Shown: positions 23,364 to 34,962, numbered from the stretch's first letter. The stretch is DNA of 64,000 bases from Acidobacteriota bacterium (GCA_022340775.1 JAJDNH010000087.1:23440-87439); one strand, 5' to 3'. Translations and numbers: made by a program. Notes: a model not told the origin generated them from the sequence alone.

Positions 23364-25255
23364 GCGTGACCCGACACGCGGATCTGGTGGTGGTGGGCGC
23401 CGGACATGCCGGCTGCGAAGCGGCTCTGGCCGCGGCCAGGATGGGCGCCAATGTGGTGGTCGTGACGCTGCGTCGGGGGACCGTCGCCCAGATGCCCTGT
23501 AACCCGGCGATGGGCGGCATTGGCAAGGGCCACTTGATGGCGGAGATCGATGCGCTTGGCGGAGCCCAGGCGTGGGCGGCCGATCGCGCGGGGCTTCAGT
23601 TCCGGATGCTGAACCGCTCGCGGGGCGCGGCCGTGTGGGGGCCGCGCGCACAGTGTGACAAGGCACGGTACTCGCAGCTGATGCTGCGGCTTCTCGAGAG
23701 GATCGCGAACATCGAGCTGGTGGAGGGAGAAGCGACCGGTCTGATGGCGGGCGACGCCCGTGTTGCTGGTGTGCAGCTGGCCGACGGGCAGCGCGTGATC
23801 GGTCGGGCAGTGCTGCTCACCACCGGGACGTTCCTGGGTGGGCTGCTGCACACCGGTGCGGAGAGGCGGGAGGGTGGCCGGTTCGGCGAGCCGGCAAGCT
23901 ACGGACTGGGCAAAGACCTCGCTCGGCTCGGCCTCGAGCTGCGCCGGTACAAGACGGGAACACCGCCGCGGCTCGACCGCGACAGCCTCGACTACTCGAA
24001 ACTCCACGAGCAGTTGGGCGATGACCCACCGCGTCCGTTCTCCTGGCGGACGAGGGAGGTTCGCAACCGGGTGAGCTGCTGGGTGACGCGGACGCCGCCG
24101 GTGGTGCGGACGATCATCGAGGCGAACCTTGATCGGTCGCCCCTTTTCAGTGGACGCATCTCGGGTACCGGTCCCCGTTACTGCCCATCGATCGAGGACA
24201 AGGTTGTCCGGTTCCCGGATCACGATCGCCACACCGTGTTTCTGGAGCCAGAGGGGCTGACCACGCCGAGCATGTACGTCAACGGCCTGTCGACGAGCCT
24301 GCCGCGCGACGTGCAGGAAGAGATCGTCCGTGCGGTGCCGGGCCTGGAGCGGGCTCGGTTTCTGCGTTACGGCTACGCGGTGGAGTATGACGTGGTGCCG
24401 GCGGTACAGGTCAGTCGCACGCTGGCGGTTCGCGATGTAGACGGCCTGTACCTCGCCGGCCAGCTCCTCGGCACCTCCGGCTACGAGGAAGCTGCGGCGC
24501 AAGGGCTGATGGCCGGTGTCAACGCTGTCCAGGTCGGCCGCGGGCAGGAGCCGCTGCTGCTGGGACGCGAGGAGGCCTACATTGGAGTGCTGCTCGATGA
24601 TCTCGTCACGCGTGACCACCGAGAGCCATACCGCATGATGACGTCGCGGGCTGAGCACCGGCTGCTGCTCGGCGTCGACTCGGCGCGCGAGCGGCTGATG
24701 GCCCTGGGCGTTGGCCTGGGGCTGGTACCGGAGGCTGCGTTTCACGTGGAACGGGCGCGCTGGGAGGCGCGCGAGCGGCTCGAGACACGCCTCGACACGG
24801 CGCGCGTCAGCCCGCATCACGAGTCCTGGACTGCGCTACGGGAAGTGGCTGGCGTGGAGCTTCGCCGGCCCACCACGTGGGCTGCGCTGCTGCGCCGACC
24901 AGATCTCGACGCCGAGGCAGTAGCCAGGCATGTTCCGGGCCTCGCCGAGGTTGGGGATGAGGACCGCCAGGTGATCGTGTCGCGCCTGCGCTACGCCGGC
25001 TACCTGGAACGGCACGAACGTGAGCGGGAACGAATGCACAGACTGCGCGGGCGTCCGATCCCGGAAGCTCTGCTCGAGCAGGGTGCGCCGGGACTGTCGC
25101 GAGAGGTCGAGGAGCTACTCGCCCGGTTCCGGCCGAGAACCCTGGGCGAGGCGGAGCAGCTGCCGGGCATGACGCCAGCAGCGATAGCGATCCTCGCCGG
25201 GCGCATCGCCGGGTTTGAGCGGAGGGGCGGGGACGGAGCCAGAGCGGGTGTCTGA
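23360..25255 (+). CDS. mnmG: tRNA uridine 5-carboxymethylaminomethyl modification enzyme MnmG (GidA)
   Basis: 631 aa. GTG start overlapping the mnmE stop. FAD motif DLVVVGAGHAGCEAALAAARMG, and ...MPCNPAMGGIGKGHL. Confidence 0.95.
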   Translation: MSVTRHADLVVVGAGHAGCEAALAAARMGANVVVVTLRRGTVAQMPCNPAMGGIGKGHLMAEIDALGGAQAWAADRAGLQFRMLNRSRGAAVWGPRAQCDKARYSQLMLRLLERIANIELVEGEATGLMAGDARVAGVQLADGQRVIGRAVLLTTGTFLGGLLHTGAERREGGRFGEPASYGLGKDLARLGLELRRYKTGTPPRLDRDSLDYSKLHEQLGDDPPRPFSWRTREVRNRVSCWVTRTPPVVRTIIEANLDRSPLFSGRISGTGPRYCPSIEDKVVRFPDHDRHTVFLEPEGLTTPSMYVNGLSTSLPRDVQEEIVRAVPGLERARFLRYGYAVEYDVVPAVQVSRTLAVRDVDGLYLAGQLLGTSGYEEAAAQGLMAGVNAVQVGRGQEPLLLGREEAYIGVLLDDLVTRDHREPYRMMTSRAEHRLLLGVDSARERLMALGVGLGLVPEAAFHVERARWEARERLETRLDTARVSPHHESWTALREVAGVELRRPTTWAALLRRPDLDAEAVARHVPGLAEVGDEDRQVIVSRLRYAGYLERHERERERMHRLRGRPIPEALLEQGAPGLSREVEELLARFRPRTLGEAEQLPGMTPAAIAILAGRIAGFERRGGDGARAGV

Positions 25256-25856
25256 GGTCTACGATGTCCTGCTCGCCAGCCACGTGACCGACGCCGAGGT
25301 CCGCCGGCGCCTGGCGCGATACCTGTCCCTTCTCGAGCACTGGGCCAGGACCCACAACCTGGTCGCCGCCACGACTCCCGAGGAGTTGGTCGGCCGGCAT
25401 GTGCTTGAGGCGTTGGCGGGGGTGGAGGCGCTGCCGGCCCGGCCCGGCCTGCTGGTCGATGTGGGCAGCGGGGCCGGCCTGCCGGGGGTCCCGCTGCTGT
25501 GCGCGGCGAGCCACTGGCGCGGCGTTCTGGTCGAGCCGCGGCAGAAGCGTTGGACGTTTCTCCGCCTGGTGATACGGGAGCTCGGCTTGAGTGCGGAAGC
25601 GGTGCGGATGCGGTTCCAGGATCTCCCGGGCGACGTCAAGGAGATCTCCGTGGTTTGTGCGCGGGCGTTGGGCCGGCACGACGAGCTGTTGCGGTGGGCG
25701 AAGCCACGGCTCGCGAGCGGCGGCAAGGTGGTTCTGTGGACCACGGTGGAGGGCTGCGAGGCACTCGCCCGGGTGGCCGACTGGCGTGTGGTAAGCTCAC
25801 CGCTACCTGGCCTGGCAAGCGGCCGGCTGGCGGAACTTCAACCATGTTTCACGTGA
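25215..25856 (+). CDS. rsmG: 16S rRNA (guanine527-N7)-methyltransferase RsmG
   Basis: ...HWARTHNLVAATTPEELVGRHVLEAL...LVDVGSGAGLPGVPL (SAM motif). Start is uncertain: TTG 25215 or GTG 25248, both overlapping the mnmG end. Confidence 0.85.
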   Translation: MSGGAGTEPERVSEVYDVLLASHVTDAEVRRRLARYLSLLEHWARTHNLVAATTPEELVGRHVLEALAGVEALPARPGLLVDVGSGAGLPGVPLLCAASHWRGVLVEPRQKRWTFLRLVIRELGLSAEAVRMRFQDLPGDVKEISVVCARALGRHDELLRWAKPRLASGGKVVLWTTVEGCEALARVADWRVVSSPLPGLASGRLAELQPCFT

Positions 25857-26632
25857 AACGTCGCATCGTGGCGGTGGCCAATCAGAAGGGCGGCGTGGGC
25901 AAAACCACCACGGCCATTAACCTCGGTGCTGCCCTCGCGGCGTACGAGCAGGAGACGCTGCTTGTTGATCTCGATCCACAGTCCAACTGCACCTCCGGCG
26001 TCGGGGTCGAGGTGCTGGACGGGGGGCTCACCACCTATCAGATGGTAACCGGCGCGGCCAGTCACACCGACGTTCTGCGGGCGACGGCCTTTCCACACCT
26101 TGGGATCCTGCCCGCGACGATCGAGCTGGCGGGCGCCGAGGTCGAGCTCGTGGGAATGGTCGGGCGCGAGTTCCGCCTCCGTGACGCCCTCTCGCTGACC
26201 GACGGCTACCGTTTCATCTTCGTCGACTGCCCACCCTCACTCGGGCTTCTCACCGTCAACGCCCTCGCCGCTGCGGATGCGCTCCTGATCCCGATCCAAT
26301 GCGAGTACTTCGCACTCGAAGGCGTGTCCGACCTCATGCGGACTGTCGACGAGGTGCGGAGGTTTCTCAACCCCGGATTGGTGATCGACGGCGTTCTCCT
26401 GACCATGTACGACGAGCGCACCAATCTCTCCCAACAGGTGGCGGAAGAAGTCCGCTCGGTGCTCGGCGATCTCGTGTTCGACACGATCGTGCCGCGCAAC
26501 GTACGCCTCGCCGAGGCCCCTTCGTTCGGCCGTCCGATACACGCGTACGACCTCCGCAGCCGCGGGTCGCACGCATACCTTGCGCTCGGCCGCGAGTACC
26601 TGCAACGACTCGAGGTCCGTCATGACGCGTAA
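25844..26632 (+). CDS. parA: Chromosome partitioning ATPase ParA (Soj)
   Basis: Start trimmed to ATG 25844. Deviant Walker A VANQKGGVGKTTTAINLGAALA. ...VDCPPSLG... Confidence 0.93.
   Translation: MFHVKRRIVAVANQKGGVGKTTTAINLGAALAAYEQETLLVDLDPQSNCTSGVGVEVLDGGLTTYQMVTGAASHTDVLRATAFPHLGILPATIELAGAEVELVGMVGREFRLRDALSLTDGYRFIFVDCPPSLGLLTVNALAAADALLIPIQCEYFALEGVSDLMRTVDEVRRFLNPGLVIDGVLLTMYDERTNLSQQVAEEVRSVLGDLVFDTIVPRNVRLAEAPSFGRPIHAYDLRSRGSHAYLALGREYLQRLEVRHDA
25845..25860. promoter_or_regulatory. parS centromere-like site
   Basis: TGTTTCACGTGAAACG matches the canonical parS palindrome TGTTTCACGTGAAACA at 15 of 16 positions. It lies across the rsmG 3' end and the parA start codon region. Confidence 0.75.
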
Positions 26633-27500
26633 GCAGGCCCTCGGCCGTGGCCTCAAGGCCCTGATTCCTGATACTCCCCACGCGCGCTCCGGCCTGGCCG
26701 AAATCCCTCTTGCCCGTATTCGACCCAACCCGAACCAGCCTCGCCACCGCTTCGACCCGGCCGCCCTCGACGAGCTTGCGGCCTCGATCGCCGAGCACGG
26801 GGTCCTGCAGCCCTTGTTGGTGGCCGAGGACGGTGGGGGTGGCTACGTTCTCGTCGCCGGCGAGCGGCGCCTACGCGCAGCGGAGAGGGCCGGCCTGGCG
26901 GTGGTGCCCGCGGTCATCAGGGAGCGGCTCGATGATCAGGGTGAGCTGGCCCTGGCCCTGGTCGAGAACCTGCAGCGAAGCGACCTCACACCGCTCGAGG
27001 CCGCACACGCCTTCTCGCATTTACGGGACGTTTTCGGTTTGTCTCAGGAAGATATTGCTAAACGAGTTGGTATAGATCGCAGCACAGTGTCAAATGCTCT
27101 CCGTCTTCTCAAACTGGAGCCGGAAATCCAGGCCATGGTCGACGACGGCCGGATAGCCGCGGGCCACGCGAGGGCGCTGCTGGCGATAACGGAAGGCGCT
27201 GACCGGCTGGGGTGGGCGCAGCGAGCGGCAGCGGGAGCGGCTTCCGTCCGAGACCTCGAGCGTGCCGGGACCGCGAAGCGCTCCAAGAAGGCCGGCGCCG
27301 GCGCGCGGAGACAGAGGCGGAGCGTCGATCCCAACCTCCGTGCCGCGGAGGAAAGACTCAGCCTGCGCCTCGGCGCGCGGGTCGAGATCCGGCAGCGGCG
27401 GCGGGGATCGACGATACTCATCGACTGCCGCGATCAGGCCGAGCTGATCCGGGTGTTCGATCGACTGATGGGAGAGGAATCCGATGCGGCGGAATCATGA
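26622..27500 (+). CDS. parB: Chromosome partitioning protein ParB (Spo0J)
   Basis: Start trimmed to ATG 26622 (MTRKQALGRGLKALIP). ParB box GVLQPLLV...GERRLRAAERAG. HTH segment LSQEDIAKRVGIDRSTVSNALRLLKL. Confidence 0.93.
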   Translation: MTRKQALGRGLKALIPDTPHARSGLAEIPLARIRPNPNQPRHRFDPAALDELAASIAEHGVLQPLLVAEDGGGGYVLVAGERRLRAAERAGLAVVPAVIRERLDDQGELALALVENLQRSDLTPLEAAHAFSHLRDVFGLSQEDIAKRVGIDRSTVSNALRLLKLEPEIQAMVDDGRIAAGHARALLAITEGADRLGWAQRAAAGAASVRDLERAGTAKRSKKAGAGARRQRRSVDPNLRAAEERLSLRLGARVEIRQRRRGSTILIDCRDQAELIRVFDRLMGEESDAAES

Positions 27501-27852
27501 GGCTCTGAACGGCTTTGTCGATCCGGGATGCCGGATCCACGGCGAGCTGGAGTTCGAGAGCTCCTTTCGGGTCGACGGTACCGTCGAAGGCACGGTGCGG
27601 TCGAAGGCCGAGCTCGTGATCGGCGAGCAGGGAGTTGTAGAAGGCGAGGTCCATGTGGCGCGATGTCTGGTTGGCGGCACCGTTCGCGGCCGGATCAAGG
27701 CCAGTGAGCTGGTGCAGCTGCACACCTCGGCCAAGGTTTGGGGGGACATCGAGACGCCCGCCCTGGTCATGGAGGAGGGCGCCTTCCTCGAGGGCAAGAT
27801 CGCGATGGAGGCCCCGAAAGGGCAGTCTCCGTTGCAGAAGGGGTCATCTTGA
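27484..27852 (+). CDS. Bactofilin (polymer-forming cytoskeletal protein, DUF583)
   Basis: 122 aa with a repetitive beta-helix pattern: ...FRVDGTVEGTVRSKAELVIGEQGVVEGEVHVARCLVGGTVRGRIKASELVQLHTSAKVWGDIETPALVMEEGAFLEGKI. Its ATG overlaps the parB 3' end by 17 nt. Confidence 0.8.
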   Translation: MRRNHEALNGFVDPGCRIHGELEFESSFRVDGTVEGTVRSKAELVIGEQGVVEGEVHVARCLVGGTVRGRIKASELVQLHTSAKVWGDIETPALVMEEGAFLEGKIAMEAPKGQSPLQKGSS

Positions 27853-27922
27853 CCCGCTCGGCGATCTTTGTTAGCTTGAGCCGCCCTGCGGCAGCAGGAG
27901 AGGAACTCGCCAGGAGCGGCGC

Positions 27923-28354
27923 ATGACCCCACCAAACCTGTCCCTGCTCCTCATCATGGGCTGCTTTTGGCTGGCCTATCTAGTTATTCGTCGTCTTCTG
28001 CTCAATCCGATTGCCGAAGTGACCGACGAGCGGCAACGCCGGCTCGACGATGCGGAGGCGACCTGGAGTGCCAAGCACGACGAGTACACCACCGCGACCC
28101 AGAGGCTCGAGACGGAGCTTGAGGACGCCGCGCGCAGCGCCAGCCAGCACCGGGCCGAGGTTCGCAAGCAAGCCCTGTCGGAGCGTCAGGACCATCTTCA
28201 GGGCGCGCATGAGGAGGCGGACCAGCGGCTGGAGGGGGCACTCCAGACGCTCGACCGCGACGCCCAAGCCGCCCGCGACGAGCTCCGCCGCCGCGCCGGA
28301 ACGCTCGCCGGCGTTCTCGCCTCCCACCTTCTCGAGCGCGAGGTAGCACGATGA
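27923..28354 (+). CDS. F0F1 ATP synthase subunit b'
   Basis: 143 aa. One N-terminal TM helix, then a long charged coiled coil. AGGAG RBS. Directly precedes a second b-type subunit, with an ATGA overlap. Confidence 0.7.
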   Translation: MTPPNLSLLLIMGCFWLAYLVIRRLLLNPIAEVTDERQRRLDDAEATWSAKHDEYTTATQRLETELEDAARSASQHRAEVRKQALSERQDHLQGAHEEADQRLEGALQTLDRDAQAARDELRRRAGTLAGVLASHLLEREVAR

Positions 28355-28914
28355 GGCCGGTGCTCCTCTGCTTCGCGGGACTCATGGCAGTTGCGGCGCC
28401 GGCCGCTGCTGCAGAAGGAACCACTTTCGGCATTCCGGACCCCTGGTGGAAGCTCCTCAACCTGATCATCTTCCTGTTTGCTCTGGTGTGGTTCATCGGC
28501 CGCCCGCTCGGCAGGTTCCTCGAGGACCGGCGGCGCGGGATCCGGGCATCGCTCGACGAGGCACAGGAGAAGCTCGAGCGTGCCGAGGCCCTGCGCACCG
28601 AGATCGCCGAGCGGCTGCAGCGTGTCGAAGGTGAGATGGCCGAGTTGCGCGCGCGCGCCGAGCGCGAGGCCCAGGCCGAGGCCGAGCAGATCGCCAAGGA
28701 CACCAAGGCCGAGGAGCAACGGTTCCTGCAGCGGGTGGACGATGAGATCGACAGACGGACGGCGGAAACGCGCCAGCAGCTGGCTCGAGATGCTATCGAC
28801 CTGACAGCCCAAATGGCCAAGGAGCTGCTGGAGAACGAGCTGACCGATGCGGATCGGGCGCGTCTGCTCGACAAGAGCCTGGCCGCCATGGGCTCGTTGA
28901 AGAGAAAGGGCTGA
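28351..28914 (+). CDS. atpF: F0F1 ATP synthase subunit b
   Basis: 187 aa. N-terminal hydrophobic segment ...LLNLIIFLFALVWFIGRPL, then an E/R/A-rich coiled coil. Followed by delta. Confidence 0.8.
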   Translation: MRPVLLCFAGLMAVAAPAAAAEGTTFGIPDPWWKLLNLIIFLFALVWFIGRPLGRFLEDRRRGIRASLDEAQEKLERAEALRTEIAERLQRVEGEMAELRARAEREAQAEAEQIAKDTKAEEQRFLQRVDDEIDRRTAETRQQLARDAIDLTAQMAKELLENELTDADRARLLDKSLAAMGSLKRKG

Positions 28915-28916
28915 TC

Positions 28917-29471
28917 ATGGGACGTTTCCGCGCGGCACCGTACGCCAAGGCACTGCATGAGGTCGTGCTTTCCTCGGTTCCGGAGCGCGAGGAGGGCGTG
29001 ACCAGCGACCTCGAGCGGCTGTGCCAAGCCTTCGCGGCTGTACCGGACCTGCACCGCGTCCTCGTGACGCCAGTGGTGGCACCGGATGTGAAGGCCGCAA
29101 TCCTCGACGAGGTCTTGGACGAGCTCGGCATCGAGGAACCGACGCGACGCTTCGGCCATGTCGTTCAACGTCACTACAGAACCGGGCACCTGGATGAGAT
29201 TCTCCGCGCCTACCGGAACCTCGTTGATCGCCGCCATGGCCGGATACGGGCGCGGGTCGAGATGGCGGCGCCGGCCGAGGAAAGCGAGCGCCGGGCCATT
29301 GTCGAGGCGCTGTCTCGCGTGACCGAGTCCGCGGTGTTCGCCGAGTTCGAGCAGGCGCCGGAGCTGCTCGCCGGTTTCCGCGCCACCGTCGGCTCGCGGG
29401 TGTTCGACGGATCGCTCGTCGGCCAGCTCGAGCAGCTGCGCCGGAGGATCACCTCCGAACAGTTCCAATAG
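28917..29471 (+). CDS. atpH: F0F1 ATP synthase subunit delta (OSCP)
   Basis: 184 aa. Assigned from its position between b and alpha and its OSCP-like length and C-terminus (...[21 protein letters not shown]). Confidence 0.8.
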   Translation: MGRFRAAPYAKALHEVVLSSVPEREEGVTSDLERLCQAFAAVPDLHRVLVTPVVAPDVKAAILDEVLDELGIEEPTRRFGHVVQRHYRTGHLDEILRAYRNLVDRRHGRIRARVEMAAPAEESERRAIVEALSRVTESAVFAEFEQAPELLAGFRATVGSRVFDGSLVGQLEQLRRRITSEQFQ

Positions 29472-29491
29472 AAGACCAGCAGAGGGAAGGT

Positions 29492-31016
29492 ATGCAGATC
29501 AAAGCCGCCGAAATCGCCGACATCATCCGCCGCCAGATCGAGGGCCACGAGACCTCCATCGACATGGCCGAGGTGGGCACAGTGATCTCCGTCGGAGACG
29601 GCATCGCCCGCGTCTACGGCCTCGACGGGGTCATGGCTGGGGAGCTGCTGGAGTTCCCCAACGACGTCTACGCGCTCGCCCTCAACCTCGAGGAGGACAA
29701 CGTGGGCTGCGTGCTAATGGGGGAATCGCAGTTGGTGGGCGAGGGAGACGAGGTGAGGCGGACCCGCCGCATTATCCAGGTACCGGTGGGGCCCGGCCTG
29801 GTTGGCCGGGTGGTTGACCCGCTGGGCCAGCCGCTCGACGGCAAAGGGCCGATCGAGGCGGCCGACCACTATCCTGTAGAGCGGATTGCACCGGGCGTAG
29901 TTGCGCGCCAACCGGTGAAGGAGCCGATGCAGACGGGAATCAAGGCGATCGACGCCATGATCCCGATCGGACGTGGCCAGCGCGAGCTGATCATCGGCGA
30001 TCGCCAGACCGGCAAGACCGCGATCATCCTCGACTCGATCATCAATCAGAAGGGCACCGGTAACGTCTGCATCTACGTCGCCATCGGCCAGAAGAAGTCG
30101 ACGGTGGCGCAGGTCGTAGCCACCCTCGAGAGGCACGGCGCGATGGAGCACACGATCGTCGTCTCGGCGACTGCCTCCGAACCGGCTCCCCTGCAGTACC
30201 TTGCACCGTACGCCGGCTGTGCGATGGGCGAGTACTTCCTGTACACCGGCGGTCACGCGGTGTGCTTCTACGACGACCTCTCCAAGCATGCCCAGGCGTA
30301 CCGCGAGATCTCGCTCCTGCTGCGGCGTCCGCCGGGCCGCGAGGCGTACCCCGGTGACGTCTTCTATCTCCACTCACGGCTGCTCGAGCGCGCGGCCAAG
30401 ATGCGCGACGATCTCGGCGGCGGCAGCCTCACCGCGTTGCCGGTGATCGAGACCCAGATGGGCGACGTGTCGGCGTACATCCCGACCAACGTCATCTCCA
30501 TCACCGACGGCCAGATCTACCTCGAGTCGGACCTCTTCTACGCCGGGCAGCGACCGGCCGTGAACGTCGGCCTGTCAGTCAGCCGCGTCGGCGGTAACGC
30601 CCAGATCCGCGCCATCAGGTCGATCGCCGGGTCGCTGCGTCTCGACCTGGCGCAGTACCGCGAGCTCGCCGCCTTCGCCCAGTTTGGCTCGGACCTCGAC
30701 AAGGCGACCCAGCGACAGCTTTCCCGCGGCGCCCGGCTGCTCGAGATCCTCAAGCAGGGGCAGTACCAGCCGCTCCCGGTCGACCTTCAGATCGTCTCGA
30801 TCTTTGCCGGCACCCAGGGCCAGCTCGACCGGATTCGGCTGGCTTCGATCCGCGTCTTCGAGCGGTACCTCCACCGCTACGCCAGGGATGAAGCGCCGCA
30901 AACCCTGGAGAGGATCATCGCCACCGGGAAGCTCGACGACCAGACCAGGGACGAGCTAAACAAGCTCTGTGTAGATGCCCGGGAACGCTTCCTGAAGGAG
31001 AACCCGGAGGCAGCCG

Positions 31017-31030
<14 letters not shown>
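29492..31030 (+). CDS. atpA: F0F1 ATP synthase subunit alpha
   Basis: 512 aa. P-loop [10 protein letters not shown]. ...[21 protein letters not shown]... Confidence 0.97.
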
Positions 31031-33337
<2,307 letters not shown>

Positions 33338-33338
33338 G

Positions 33339-33746
33339 GTGAGGGACCACCTGCGCCTGGAAGTCGTGACCCAGACCCGCCGCGTTCTCGAGGTGGAGGC
33401 GGAGGAGGTGCAGCTTCCCGGTACCCTCGGCGCTCTCGGGGTCCTCCCGGGCCACACGCCGCTCCTGACAACGCTCGGCATCGGCGAGCTGATGTACCGG
33501 AGCGATCACCGCGAGTCCTACCTCGCGCTCCAGTGGGGATTCGCCGAGGTCCTGCCGGACCGTGTCACGGTGCTGGCCTCGATCGCGGAGATGCCAGAGG
33601 AGATCGACGTGGCGACCGCCGAGCGCGAGCGAGACGAGGCCGAGGTTGCACTCAAGACGGCCGGCGCCATGGAGGTCAAGATGATCACCGCTCGCCTGCA
33701 GATGGCGCTGACCAGGATCAAAGTAGCGGAGCGCCGCAACAGCTAG
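33339..33746 (+). CDS. atpC: F0F1 ATP synthase subunit epsilon
   Basis: 135 aa, GTG start 1 nt after the atpD stop. ...LEVVTQTRRVLEVEAEEVQLPGTLGALGVLPGHTPLLTTL... The TAG stop (33744-33746) uses the G that is the first base of the IS element. Confidence 0.9.
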   Translation: MRDHLRLEVVTQTRRVLEVEAEEVQLPGTLGALGVLPGHTPLLTTLGIGELMYRSDHRESYLALQWGFAEVLPDRVTVLASIAEMPEEIDVATAERERDEAEVALKTAGAMEVKMITARLQMALTRIKVAERRNS

Positions 33747-33776
33747 TACACGTATTCGCAAGTACAATAACGTATA

Positions 33777-34112
33777 ATGGTGAAGGGCAACGTTTGGGAG
33801 AGCCCCCGGAAGGAGGCTTCCGGAGTGCCAAGAATGAGCCCTTTTGTGATCTCGTTAACCGTCGAGGAGCGATGCGAGCTGGAGCGGAGGACGAGACAGT
33901 ATACGTTACCGTATAGGGATGTCGTCCGGGCCAAGCTGATTCTCCTCGCTGCGGAGGGACGGTCGAACAAGCAGATCGGCGAGACCTTGGGCCTGCCACG
34001 GCCCATCGTGAGCAAGTGGCGAAAGCGCTTCTTCGAGAGGCGTCTGATGGGCTTGGACGACGAGCCGCGGGGAGGACGACCTCCCACTTTCCCCCCCAGA
34101 TCTCATCGTTGA
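33777..34112 (+). CDS. IS630 transposase, N-terminal HTH part (orfA)
   Basis: ...LTVEERCELERRTRQYTLPYRDVVRAKLILLAAEGRSNKQIGETLGLPRPIVSKWRKRF...GGRPPTF. It ends 12 nt after a C7 run. The likely real start is GTG 33825 or ATG 33834, downstream of AAGGAGG at 33810. Confidence 0.75.
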   Translation: MVKGNVWESPRKEASGVPRMSPFVISLTVEERCELERRTRQYTLPYRDVVRAKLILLAAEGRSNKQIGETLGLPRPIVSKWRKRFFERRLMGLDDEPRGGRPPTFPPRSHR

Positions 34113-34122
34113 GGTCAAGGCA

Positions 34123-34962
34123 TTGGCTTGCGCTTTGCCTGCGGAAGCGGGGGTGCCTATCTCTCGCTTCAGTTGTTCCGAGCTGCGCCGCGAAGTGATC
34201 AACAGGGGTTTGGTAGCTGAAATCTCCGGTACGACGATCTGGAGGTGGCTGCGCCAGGACGCCCTTCGCCCATGGAGTCGGCGCAGCTGGATCTTTCCGC
34301 GTGACCCATTGTTTGCCGAGAAGGCCACCGCTGTCCTGGACCTCTATGCGCGTCACTGGCAAGGGCAACCACTCGCTCCGACTGACTTCGTCCTCTGTGC
34401 GGATGAGAAGACTGGCCTTCAGATCCGCCAGAGAATCCACGTCAGTCAACCTCCGGCACCAGGCCGGCCGTTGCGCGTGGAGCATGAGTATCGCCGCAGA
34501 GGTACTTGTGCCTATCACGCAGCATGGGACGTCCACCACGCCAGACTCTACGGCCACGTGGTGGAGCGATCAACCATTGAAGCCTTTGATCGGCTCGTCC
34601 AAACCGTCATGGCCAAAGAGCCCTACCGATCCGCGTCGCGCGTCTTCTGGGTCGTTGATAACGGCACGATTCACCGGGGGGACCGAGCTGTGACACGTCT
34701 GCGCTCTCAACACCCCAGGCTCCGCCTCGTCCATCTTCCCACGCACGCCAGCTGGCTCAACCAGATCGAGATCTACTTCTCCATCCTCTCCCGTAAAGCA
34801 CTTGACCCTGACGACTTCGCATCCCTGGAAGATCTCACCCAGCGTGTCCTTCGCTTCCAGCACCACTACCAGGAAATCGCCAAGCCCTTCGAGTGGAGAT
34901 TCACGCGCAACGATCTCCACCACCTCCTCCGCAACCTCAATGTCCCCAAGCTCGCTGCGTGA
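34123..34962 (+). CDS. IS630 transposase, DDE catalytic part (orfB, +1 frame relative to orfA)
   Basis: ...CADEKTGLQIR...WVVDNGTIHRG...THASWLNQIEIYFSILSRK (DDE superfamily endonuclease pattern). This frame is already open from about 34090 (FPPDLIVEVKALACALPAEAGVPISRF). The product therefore needs a frameshift at the C7 run, or the gene is disrupted. Confidence 0.75.
   Translation: MACALPAEAGVPISRFSCSELRREVINRGLVAEISGTTIWRWLRQDALRPWSRRSWIFPRDPLFAEKATAVLDLYARHWQGQPLAPTDFVLCADEKTGLQIRQRIHVSQPPAPGRPLRVEHEYRRRGTCAYHAAWDVHHARLYGHVVERSTIEAFDRLVQTVMAKEPYRSASRVFWVVDNGTIHRGDRAVTRLRSQHPRLRLVHLPTHASWLNQIEIYFSILSRKALDPDDFASLEDLTQRVLRFQHHYQEIAKPFEWRFTRNDLHHLLRNLNVPKLAA

Noticed and set aside
24738-24753. 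Second parS-like sequence CGTTTCACGTGGAACG inside mnmG
   Set aside because: It matches the consensus at only 13 of 16 positions, with the palindrome broken. It is mentioned under the parS finding but not listed as a feature.
22020-24820. 548-aa and 725-aa minus-strand ORFs (22020-23666 and 22643-24820)
   Set aside because: Antisense to mnmE and mnmG. Extremely Arg/Pro/His-rich compositions typical of shadow ORFs.
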